DNA of 63,796 nt, filler included, from Aduncisulcus paluster (lineage: Eukaryota): the NCBI GenBank assembly GCA_024181965.1. It is 18 parts of 18 records of this genome, joined end to end, with 100 filler letters (N's around TTAATTAATTAA, not from the genome) between each part and the next. Parts side by side here need not be neighbours in the genome. Positions count along the whole stretch, not along the records: positions 9,950 to 12,009 come from BQXS01011967.1; positions 12,110 to 14,717 come from BQXS01011968.1; positions 14,818 to 16,936 come from BQXS01011969.1; positions 17,037 to 24,883 come from BQXS01011970.1; 14 more parts are not named here. One strand, written 5' to 3'. The notes beneath the pieces were generated by a model that saw only the letters and a program-made list of their open reading frames with translations, had not been told where the DNA came from and ran no database searches. The translations under genes and the position numbers were made by a program. Below, in pieces: positions 10,982 through 21,393 of the stretch (positions are counted from its first letter, which is position 1; each line of letters opens with the position of its first letter).

Positions 10982-12009
10982 TTCCACGGCGTACAGTACA
11001 TAATATTAATACTACGTTATAATACCCCCGTTATTATCACTCATATCCCTTTGAAAGGAAGTTCACATTGCTTATCCTGTTGAACTCCAAAAATGACAAA
11101 TTCAAACTCTATGGTAGAAAATACCATCGATTAGGTCGACAGTAAAATCTCGAAATGGAACAATTTTTCCCAACTTCGATCCATTTCGTGAAGTTTGTTC
11201 GAAAATTGAAGACAAATTTCACTGTCCTTACTAATCGTAAGTTCTTTGCCATGTTATGTGAATTTTATAAAGATATGACACCCGAATTAATGAAAAGAAC
11301 TATTGAACATGTATCAAACAGAGTACTATATACTGTACTATTATGAAGTCCTTACTGAAAAAGTAATTTATTTATTATGACGGCGAAGGTGATGTTTTAG
11401 CAGAGTACTCAGAAGAGAGATCTCATGTTTTAAATCCTAGTATGATTAATCAAAGCGTATATGCTGAATGCATTCGCTGTAAAAAAAGGATAGGTATTTA
11501 TTCAAGATCGGGAGATGATGAAAAATGGCACATTTCGCCGAGATATGACAAATGATTCATGGATGCGTTCAATGTGAATCATTATTCATTGGTACATGTT
11601 CTATTCTTCCCTCAAGAAAATGATTCTGCAACTTTCGAAAAGGACTTTGCACTGTATCATCCATCACCTTCCTTGGTCACATGTTTTCATCGCCAAGAAA
11701 GAATGTTATTTGATCCTCTCCGCCTTCATTGTGGTGAAGTGCTTCATGACATGCAACTCGGGCTTATGACCGATTTTACCGATGTATTAGGAGTAATACT
11801 TAATGATGCTCAAACAAATATATTTAATATGAGAATGAAGGCTCTTGAATGCAGATCTGATTGTTGAATTGAGAAAAAGATCTAAAATATTCCAAATTGA
11901 GAGGTTTTCAACAGCAAAAGAGAGAGAGAAAGAGAGAAAAGATGACGAATATTCGTATGAGGATGATGAGGAGGCTGAAGAAGAAGGAGCAAGAAGAGAG
12001 AATTGATTT
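10982..12009 (+). repeat. Dispersed repeat copy 2, running off the contig end
   Basis: Matches the reverse complement of 4352-5400. Homology starts abruptly at TTCCACGG. Confidence 0.95.
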
Positions 12010-12109
12010 NNNNNNNNNNNNNNNNNNNNNNNNNNNNNNNNNNNNNNNNNNNNTTAATTAATTAANNNNNNNNNNNNNNNNNNNNNNNNNNNNNNNNNNN
12101 NNNNNNNNN

Positions 12110-13594
12110 CCATCAAACATGGCCCCAGAATCCACATCAAGAGAAGAGCCATTCATTTGCATTGTTGTGGTATTTGTTCCATCAGAAATATAAAGATTCC
12201 CATATACACTAACACTACCATCCACAACGGCAGTTCCAGATGAGTCTGAGAGTTGGATCGAGCCGAGATATAGCACAGGTGTTGAAACATTAGTAGAAGC
12301 ACTGACAGAACCATTGATATCGATAGAATCTGACAAAGATACACCCGAATTACTAATGGAAAAAGATGCAGAGAAACCACTACCAGTAATCATAATAGAA
12401 TCCTCAACAACAAGTGATGAATCAGAGACTATTCCATAAGTTGCCGAATATGATAATGAGGCCGAACTGATATTCACAGTCGGTGCAGAAATATATGAAG
12501 TGGCAGATACATAGCCTGAAGCTGAAACAGAGTTATCAACTGCTAAATGACTGTATGATAAGCTCATCGTTACTTCATTTGATCCATTCGAAAGTGTAAT
12601 AGAGTCATAGATCGAAATCGGGGAATTTGAGGAAAGGTAACCTCCGGAATCAACCAGTTGACTGGAGCCAATGGTTACAGATTCAGCAGACATATCTCCT
12701 GCAACAGTAACACTGGTGTCAAAAGACATATTTGGAGATGAATAAATAATTGAGGAAGAATCGGTTCCATCTTGAAAGATAAACTCAGTTGTTGAGATTG
12801 ACAATGATCCAGATTCATTCTTTATACGAATTTTATCGCTCGAGGCCGGTTTACCCAAATCTATGTATTCCCCAATTGTTGTTCCAAGCGATAATTCATT
12901 GATGGAGTTATTTATCATAACCTGAATATCAGCCCCTGATAGAGTTCCTCCATTAATTTTCCATAAAATATAAACAACTCCAGCAATCAAACACAAGGCG
13001 GCCAGAGATAATGTAGCGAGACAATATAATTCAAGAGAAATACCGCAACAAATAGTTTTTTTACAGCAATCAGTTTCAAGTGGTTCATCATCCATAAGGG
13101 AACTTAAGTGGATGAAATCAAGATATTTTTTCTTCTTTTTTTTGATTTTATCATCAGAAATTTGAGGTTGTTCCTTTCTAAAAACGGAAGTGGTATCAGG
13201 TGGTAATTGTTCGGTTTCTATTGTTACCATGGCCCCCGCCTCAAGAGATTCTATTCTAAACTCAGTGTCATCTTTTANNNNNNNNNNNNNNNNNNNNAGT
13301 TTCAAGTGGTTCATCATCCATAAGGGAACTTAAGTGGATGAAATCAAGATATTTTTTCTTCTTTTTTTTGATTTTATCATCAGAAATTTGAGGTTGTTCC
13401 TTTCTAAAAACGGAAGTGGTATCAGGTGGTAATTGTTCGGTTTCTATTGTTACCATGGCCCCCGCCTCAAGAGATTCTATTCTAAACTCAGTGTCATCTT
13501 TTACAACACCGGCCTGATGGGCAGAATCCTCATCTAATACCAAAACACTAATATCACCCTTCTTTGTATTATCTACATCAATATTATATATCAT
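12110..13594 (-). CDS. Single-pass (type II) membrane protein with Ser/Gly/Val/Ile-rich beta-strand repeats, 3'-truncated and split by a scaffold gap
   Basis: ATG at 13594, a hydrophobic segment LYCLATLSLAALCLIAGVVYILW, and ~60-70 aa degenerate repeats. 13078-13277 is duplicated after the gap at 13278-13297. Confidence 0.75.
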
Positions 13595-13855
13595 TTTGTG
13601 GGATGAATGTGAAAATTAAAAAAAATATTTTAAATTAATTGAAAAATAATAAAGCAAAGAAGGAAAAATTTCAAATTTGGGCTGGGGAATCTATGAGAAG
13701 ATCAGATGGATATTTATCAAACATAATAGATCTATATTGAGATACTATTAACCATATTTACTCTTTATTTGGGACAAAAACACCATGAATCAAGTGGAAA
13801 AAGAATTAGGTTTGGGTTCCGAATTATATAAAAACCAGATTTAAATGAGGTTATT

Positions 13856-14482
13856 ATGGAACAACTAATGGCATCCATTCCGATTCTTATTGATAAATCC
13901 AAAGAAAATGAAAGATTCTACCTTGGATCCCCTAATTCACTATTACAAGTCGGATTACTTGGAAAACAGTACAAATCAAAAGAGAAAGAGTTTACAAAAT
14001 GGCATTATTCCTTATGGATAATTAAGAGACTTGAAAGAGAGTGGGCTGTGTGGATCCACTCTCAAAATGATACGTGGCTTCGTTCTACCCAAGCCAAAAA
14101 AGAACTTGACCAATTTAGAAGTGTTATTAAAAATTTATCCCCGATAATGGCCGCTTTACATGGAAAATCAATTGAAATGACTGTACTATCAGCAATATAT
14201 GAAATGTGTAGGTATGTTGTTGCTCGGCGGTACCTGTCGGCAGAACATATTTTTCTTGATATATCTGGAGGTGGGAGTGCTTGGCCGATTGGGTTATCAA
14301 ATGTTGGTATCCATCAAAGATCCGGAAAAGATTGGATTAGCGAAGATAAAATTCATAATCCATTCAAAGATTCTGTTGTAAGAAATGGATTGATTGCTTT
14401 CAAGTCTCTTTGTGCATTTGCACAAAGGCGCTTCCCTCCTTCAAATCCAAATGAAGTAGTTGCTTACTTTATTATTCGGTAA
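13856..14482 (+). CDS. PRP18: Pre-mRNA splicing factor Prp18
   Basis: LDISGGGSAWPIGLSNVGIHQRSGKDWI...FKSLCAFAQRRFP matches the Prp18 conserved loop (LSIGNAPWPIGVTMVGIHxRS) and the C-terminal helix. Confidence 0.9.
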   Translation: MEQLMASIPILIDKSKENERFYLGSPNSLLQVGLLGKQYKSKEKEFTKWHYSLWIIKRLEREWAVWIHSQNDTWLRSTQAKKELDQFRSVIKNLSPIMAALHGKSIEMTVLSAIYEMCRYVVARRYLSAEHIFLDISGGGSAWPIGLSNVGIHQRSGKDWISEDKIHNPFKDSVVRNGLIAFKSLCAFAQRRFPPSNPNEVVAYFIIR

Positions 14483-14817
14483 ATCCCGGTTTAGCCGGTT
14501 ATTGAGCAAGACATGCTCCAAACAAGAAAAAATAAAGACAAAAAGAAAATAATGGGCAAAAAACATATAGTCAGCAACAAATCATATAGAGTAGAGGTTA
14601 AAACATTGTGATGGCGAGTACCAATATCTTGGAGTTGGAAAGCTTAAACCATTTCAATAGTTGATAGAGGTTGTTTAATGATAGAGAAGGAAAGTATTAG
14701 TGGAGGAAATGTTATTGNNNNNNNNNNNNNNNNNNNNNNNNNNNNNNNNNNNNNNNNNNNNTTAATTAATTAANNNNNNNNNNNNNNNNNNNNNNNNNNN
14801 NNNNNNNNNNNNNNNNN

Positions 14818-16936
14818 GATGGCTGTCATAGATCCAATGTGCTCCAGACCTGCAAGAGAGGAGACACTACTCGATGGACATATCAAAGAAGTGGATGCAG
14901 AAATGTTCTTCAAGGAAGCAACACCAAACTTATACGTCCCATCGCCAACAGCAACCTTGTCAGCAGCATCGATCATGTCGGACACACATCCATGCAAGGC
15001 CACATCTGGCACAATACTAGCACAGGAATGGGTGCCATCGGAGTTCGCATGACATTCGGACCCATACCCACATCCACCAGAACAGTCTGCAGAGCGTGTG
15101 CATGTGAATGTGTCCGAATCAGAGTATGTGTAATACGAGTCACTCATACAAGTCACAGTCCAAGTCTCGGATGAAGGAGCTGTCCCAGAGCACACAAGAC
15201 CTTCAGAGATGGCTGCAATGGTGCTATCAGAGTCAGGGTCGAGAGATGGGCAGTTACAGGCTTGATCTGATACCCTGAGATCAATGTTATTATGTTCAAA
15301 CAATGCACTCAAAGTGTCTTCATCTTCATTTCCAAAACAAATGTTGTTGTAGTTGAGTATAATATTCAGTTCAACAGATTCGTTTACATTTGTGATATCG
15401 AATAAAGGGGAAACATCACTGATCATATTTTCAGAGAGAAAAAGATACTCCAAATATGATGACTCGAATGAGGACAAAGGAGAAACATCACTGATCAGGT
15501 TTCCAGAAAGATCAATATGAAAAAGATAAGGTAAGTTTGCAATCGGTGTGATATCTTCAATAAGATTATCATCCAATTCAATGTACCTTAGCTGTTCCAT
15601 TGAAGAAAGGACAGAAATATCTGATATAGAATTGTTGTATCCAACTATGTAAAGCAAATTGGGTAGAGAAGCAACAAAAGAAATATCTGAAATATTATTT
15701 TTACAAATATCCAATTGGAATAAATTGATCAATGAAGCAACAAAAGAAATATCTGAAATATCATTATTACAAATATCAAGGTATAACAAAGAAGTACAAG
15801 ATGAAAGAGGAGCTGTATCAACGATATTGTTGCCATATAAAGTAAGATAAATTAATGATTCAAGAGAAGACAGAGGTGATATATCAGTAATGCTATTAGA
15901 AGAAATGAACAGTGATCCGAGTCCAACAAGAGCAGATAAAGGAGAAATATCAGTGATATTGTTACCATCCAAATCCAAATATTTTAGGGAAACAAGAGAA
16001 GACAATGGAGAAATATCTTCGATAGCATTTGAATGTAAATTTAAATACTTCAGAGGGATTACAAAATCCGACAGAGGAGAAATATCTATAATATCGTTAG
16101 ATGACAAATCTAGCCATTCTAGAGAAGTCATCATACCGAGAGGAGAAATATCTGTGATTTTATCATTCGAAAAATTCAATTTCTTCATCGAATAACAAGA
16201 TTCAGTTGCAAGGAAAGAAATGTCTGAGAGACTAGAACAATCTCCAAGATCAATAATCTCGATATTTGTCAAAGAGGACAAATCTGGACCCGTGACCAAG
16301 CCGATGCCGTTCAGAACAAGCTCTCTTACATTTGGCGGCAACACAGCTTCGGACATATCAGACCAAAATCCTGTTGCCTCAAGATATCTCAGATCTGTGG
16401 CTGATCCCAGATCGAAATTGGTTGGTTCATTCACGGAGATTGTAAGATCGGTTAACCCTGCAATTGAAGATATGACACTCGAAAACTGAGTTGCATCAGG
16501 TAAAACAGACCTAGGAAACATGATCGATTGTAGGGCAGATGCAGTGGATAGATTCGAGAAGTCGGTGATATAATTATAATAATCCCATGAAAAAACACGC
16601 AATTTGGGAACAGTGGAAAAGTCAGGAACAGAAGTAATATCTGACGGTGGGTTAGGCAATCCTAGATACTCAAGAGAAGGGAATGAAGGAATCGAAACAT
16701 CAATGAGTTTATAAACGTCATTCATATTTAGCACCTTGAGAGAAGATAAGAGGGATAAAGAAGAAATATCAGGAGTCTCAATAGAAGAAGAAGAAGGAGT
16801 ACTAATCAATGTCAAACTCTCCAACTTAGATAATTGAGCAATATTTTCCAGACCAGACTCATCAAAATAATTTGGACATGCAATTGATAATTGTCGGAGA
16901 TTAGGGAGATTAGACATGTCAGGAATATTAACACAT
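14818..16936 (-). CDS. Leucine-rich repeat protein (internalin/SDS22-like 22-aa repeats) with a Cys-rich module, internal fragment
   Basis: Many LxxLxLxxNxIxDISPLSSL repeats, then a Cys-rich segment, then the apparent start of another LRR block. Confidence 0.92.
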
Positions 16937-17036
16937 NNNNNNNNNNNNNNNNNNNNNNNNNNNNNNNNNNNNNNNNNNNNTTAATTAATTAANNNNNNNN
17001 NNNNNNNNNNNNNNNNNNNNNNNNNNNNNNNNNNNN

Positions 17037-17618
17037 CCTGGAATTGAGGAAGCTCTCGAACAGAAACTTGATGCGCTCAAACAACTGCAAAAAAGTCTTC
17101 GATCCATTAAAGAGTACCTTGTTCTTCATGCCACCGAAGAAGAAGATGAAGAAGAAACTGGTAAAGAAATCGAAACAAAGTCCACGAAGGATGAGGAAGT
17201 GGAGTCCAAAAAGGAGGAAGAAGAAGAAGATGTTGTTTCTTCTTCTGACATATCTCAGACACCTTCCCTCAAAAAGCCTATTTTTTCCACTGCAGATGCC
17301 AATATTATTGCAATTGCCCAAGATGCTATTTCAACAGCTCCCGATAACTCCAAGGCTAATTTAGAACTCACCCAAGCTCTTGAGGCTCGTGCAAAGACCC
17401 TTTCCTTCGTTGAATACCTTGGTTCTGTTGGTAGAGCTGTTGTTGCCTTGCATACATGTGTTCTCAATTCTGAAGAGTTTGAAAGGAGAGATAAGGCGAG
17501 GAATGGGAAGGAAAAACCACAAGGAAAAGAAGAAGTGAAGGTGGAAATCAGAGGAAAAGAGGAAGAAGAACAAGCTGAAAAAACGGAAACGGAAACAGCA
17601 AAAGATTCGGCAATGTGA
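17037..17618 (+). CDS. RPN8: 26S proteasome lid subunit Rpn8/PSMD7, C-terminal part
   Basis: ALKQLQKSLRSIKEYL...IAQDAISTAPD...YLGSVGRAVVALHTCVLN followed by a K/E tail resembles Rpn8 LQDVFNLLP...YLASLIRSVVALHNLINN. Confidence 0.7.
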   Translation, partial: PGIEEALEQKLDALKQLQKSLRSIKEYLVLHATEEEDEEETGKEIETKSTKDEEVESKKEEEEEDVVSSSDISQTPSLKKPIFSTADANIIAIAQDAISTAPDNSKANLELTQALEARAKTLSFVEYLGSVGRAVVALHTCVLNSEEFERRDKARNGKEKPQGKEEVKVEIRGKEEEEQAEKTETETAKDSAM

Positions 17619-17858
17619 TGATACACTTATATCCAAAAATAAAAAGAAAATATTTTCGGCCCTTTGTATCCAATAATCAACAATACTCAACATGAAATAT
17701 GGATTCAGTTACGATTTGGACCCCCCAATGAAATATCATGATTTTTGCCTTCTTGTAAAGATATTTTCCAGTATATTCAGTTGATATCGTTTATTATATA
17801 CATACTTATTTAAAATTATTTGTCTTCTCCATTTTAATCATAAGTTTTTACTGAAGAA

Positions 17859-19925
17859 ATGACTCTGACTGTTCTGTATCCTAAAAATTTAATCATATTT
17901 TGCTTAATATTTTTTGTTTTTGTCTCTCCAACTTTGTGTACATATAATTTGTTCATTAGATGGGCTCCTCGTTCAGTTCGAGACCATTATTATTGGGATT
18001 TGCGAAATTCCAAGGTTCGAGTGTGTGAATTGAGCAAAGGGGATCGTCATATTCCAATCGAACTCGCTTATTCCTTTGATTTGAGCGGAAGTGTTGTCGC
18101 TGATGATCCTTCATTTGATGCTGCTCAAACAGCAATCAATAGGCTCTCCAGTTATGATGCTGATGCCGGAGATCTAATTGGAACATGCACATGGGGTGGA
18201 GATGTGGAGTCAATGCTCGAATTAACAGATGATTTTGACCTTGTTGCCGAAACGATCACCGATAATCTCACCTCTTTGTCTGGAACCGATCTTGACCAAG
18301 GAGTTCGTTGTGTTGCTGAAGTATTTGATGACAGTAAGACCGATTCCATTCCAAATTCCTCTCAAATGAGCTCAGAAGATCTTGGGCAATATGTCTACTT
18401 GGACAAGCATAAGAAAGAAGTGATGAAGCAAGCCATTTTTATCAGTGATGGCGAAGGAAGCTTCAATGTGAATAGCACATACCTTGCCTCGGTGAAAGAA
18501 AAAGATATTTGCATAAATACGGTCTGTGTAATGTGTGAAGAAGATAGTTCGGCAGAGAGCAGAATGAAACAAATTGCTTACCAAACTGGAGGTCGCTATG
18601 TTCGTACAAACAGTACCTATGCGACCGATTATTGGGTGAGTCACTACAACAATGTTGCACTCCGTCAATGGCTTATTCCTTACCCATGTGCCAATATATT
18701 CACCTTAATATTCTGGTGGCTTGGAATGGTTTTCTTATGTTTTTCATTCATTATGATATTTGTAGGTGCTTGTTTCCCTGTGCCTCCTGGCGATAGGATA
18801 ATTAACACCAACACACCTTGCACACCAACCGGTGTTGATACCGTTAAATTTGCCGGTTCCTTTTCAAGGCACCGATGGAATAAGGGTTCAGAAATGATAG
18901 GAAGGGAGGATGAACCTAGAGAAAGTGAGATATTGGACGGATCTAACCATCAAATGGATAGTGTTGATCAGGGTGCAGACATTGGACGTTCAATGGAATA
19001 TGAAGACAACGCTGAGCAACCATATTATGTCCGAGGAGTACGAATGGCACGCCCTACATTGAAGAAAAATAGGAGACTCAAGGGTTCAAGGACGATTGAT
19101 GGAGTTCCAGTGCCTATTCAACAGACTATGCCTCCCGCCCCCTCTTCTAATCTTCCTCTGCCTGTTCCCTCCCACAGAATGATATACAAACATCACGAAC
19201 CCGCCAAGACATCCAAACCATCAATTAGGCAACGCTTACTCATTCGATCCCAAGGAAAGAGAGGTTTCGTTTCTTATTTATGCTGGATTCTCGGGTCAAG
19301 CATGACTGGTTATTTGATGTTTGGCCATTGGTTCATGTATTTATGCTGCTGTGGGCCTTGTATCGGATATAGATATAGTTACGATGACTATATTGATGGA
19401 GAGAAGAAGAAGTCACACTCAAGGAACATCAAGGCAGATTCAGAGGTCAAAGCACTCCAACAAAGGTCTGGATGGAGCTCGGTTCAGGGCCAGAAGAGAA
19501 GATTGGGCATGAGAGCTCGCGAAGGTGCCATCCTATCTCCCCCCCCATCTCGTTCTACTGTATCACATTCCACTCCCCTTCCTCCTCCTCGTCGGACTCT
19601 GCCGTCCCGACAACCTACTCCAGTGCCAGAGAGTTTATTGCCTTCATCCAGCCATCACGACGAGTATGATTCCATTCCCCATCCTCCTCTCCATCACCCT
19701 CCCTCAAGAGATTTCATCCCACCTCCTCCTTCTCGGGAGTTGTCTCATCCCCCATCCTCCTCAGCACTCTCACAGAGAATGTCGCAAGTGTCCCATAGTC
19801 AACCACAACCAGAATCAGCATCATCCTCTGCACTATCTCCCCCAAGACAACCAGCCCCTCCTCCAGCGATGTCTGCCCTTCAGATGAGAATGAAAAGAAG
19901 TCAGGGGAGTGGAATGTTGCATTAA
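17859..19925 (+). CDS. vWA-domain membrane protein with a Pro-rich C-terminal tail
   Basis: N-terminal signal/anchor, MIDAS-like FDLSGS, GTDL and FISDGE motifs, QTGGRY, a TM segment at ~aa 280-305 and a PPPP-rich tail. Confidence 0.85.
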   Translation: MTLTVLYPKNLIIFCLIFFVFVSPTLCTYNLFIRWAPRSVRDHYYWDLRNSKVRVCELSKGDRHIPIELAYSFDLSGSVVADDPSFDAAQTAINRLSSYDADAGDLIGTCTWGGDVESMLELTDDFDLVAETITDNLTSLSGTDLDQGVRCVAEVFDDSKTDSIPNSSQMSSEDLGQYVYLDKHKKEVMKQAIFISDGEGSFNVNSTYLASVKEKDICINTVCVMCEEDSSAESRMKQIAYQTGGRYVRTNSTYATDYWVSHYNNVALRQWLIPYPCANIFTLIFWWLGMVFLCFSFIMIFVGACFPVPPGDRIINTNTPCTPTGVDTVKFAGSFSRHRWNKGSEMIGREDEPRESEILDGSNHQMDSVDQGADIGRSMEYEDNAEQPYYVRGVRMARPTLKKNRRLKGSRTIDGVPVPIQQTMPPAPSSNLPLPVPSHRMIYKHHEPAKTSKPSIRQRLLIRSQGKRGFVSYLCWILGSSMTGYLMFGHWFMYLCCCGPCIGYRYSYDDYIDGEKKKSHSRNIKADSEVKALQQRSGWSSVQGQKRRLGMRAREGAILSPPPSRSTVSHSTPLPPPRRTLPSRQPTPVPESLLPSSSHHDEYDSIPHPPLHHPPSRDFIPPPPSRELSHPPSSSALSQRMSQVSHSQPQPESASSSALSPPRQPAPPPAMSALQMRMKRSQGSGMLH

Positions 19926-20452
19926 TTAATTAATTTATATATTTTTATATAAATTTATAAATAGTTGGACCTCATTTCTCCCCTCCATCGATTTTTCTCA
20001 CACTCTTTTCTTTATATTATTATTATCTTTCAAGCCAGCGTACAATTTTTACGATCATAATAATACTATTTTTTATTTTTGGAAGTTCTTTTATATTTAT
20101 AATGACAATTCTTATTCTTTGTGTGATCTTCACACCATTATGGATTGGAGAGTGCTCACATTCATTGAATTGAAATATTTGCTTGGAAACAGAAGAATTC
20201 TTCAAAATATATCTTCTTTTATATATATTTATAGTACAGTATACTATACTATTACTATTTATATTAGAATATAGCGTCGAAATCTTCCCGAATAAAAACA
20301 TAATGTATTCATGCATTATGATAATAAATATTTTTGGATCTTGAATAACACCTAGATTCTGATTAAAGATTAATGAAATAATAAGAGCTTATTTGTAAAA
20401 AACTTCAAAATTTCCGAAATATCAAGAACAATCCATAAAATTTTATGAGTTA

Positions 20453-20872
20453 TTACCGTTGAGTCCCATTTTCTCCCGAAATATGGTCAAATTTCTCAAG
20501 CGTGGAATCGGACTCTGGAGAAGCGACAGTTTGCTGAGTTGTCGGTTTAAGTTCAGAAAATCCGATTTTAATCATAAATGGGTAAACAAATGATCTCCAT
20601 ATTATATGAGCCCCTCCAAATTTTGGAGATTGCATCCACATGAGAACGCCCAATTTTATCGGATTGTAAAATGGAATAATAAAGGCTGCCAATGATAAAA
20701 CAAATTCAATAATCAGGAAAAAGCAAAAAACAATCCAATATATGAGAAGATCTTGTGTATGGGAACGGATGATTTCCGGATTTGCACTTTCACGATGTGC
20801 AACGAGTTGAATGCTTTGATAGAGTGGAAACAGCACCCCACATATAGATATAACAAAATCTGTAAATCCCAT
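20453..20872 (-). CDS. REEP/Yop1/HVA22 (TB2/DP1) family protein
   Basis: GVLFPLYQSI, LLIYWIVFCFF, IPFYNPIKL, WMQSPKFGGAHIIW. ATG 20872 is preferred over the TTG start in the ORF track. Confidence 0.92.
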   Translation of the reverse strand: MGFTDFVISICGVLFPLYQSIQLVAHRESANPEIIRSHTQDLLIYWIVFCFFLIIEFVLSLAAFIIPFYNPIKLGVLMWMQSPKFGGAHIIWRSFVYPFMIKIGFSELKPTTQQTVASPESDSTLEKFDHISGENGTQR

Positions 20873-21393
20873 TATTCTTTTTGCTCCAAAACATGTAGAA
20901 TTGCTCAATACGTATCCTACGAAAGAAATCTGCTCAAATAATATAAAGAACATTAATAAAATGTCCAATCAAAAAGATTTTATCTATTCGTTTATTATAT
21001 TTCCTGATAAAAAAAGCAAAAAAAAAAAAAAAAAAAAAAAAAGAAAAAGAATATATTTTACGGACAAATTATAACTAATTACCAGGCAAGATATGTATAA
21101 TCAGCTGAAATAAGCTTTCACCGAATTTCAGAAGAATTAGAATTATGATCTAGTCCAGGCCACATACTAATAATGAACAACAAATTGAATAAAAAATAGA
21201 AAAAAAAAAAAACGGTAATAAACGACCGATAATTGAATAAAAATACATTTAAAAATAAAGTCAACTGCCGAATAGACATTTTAGCAAATTTCCATTTCAT
21301 TTTCTCTTACAACCAACCAATAATACGAATATTTTAAAATGAAATAGACAATGTAATATCACTTTTTTTTATATCTTTTTCAGTTTTCATATT

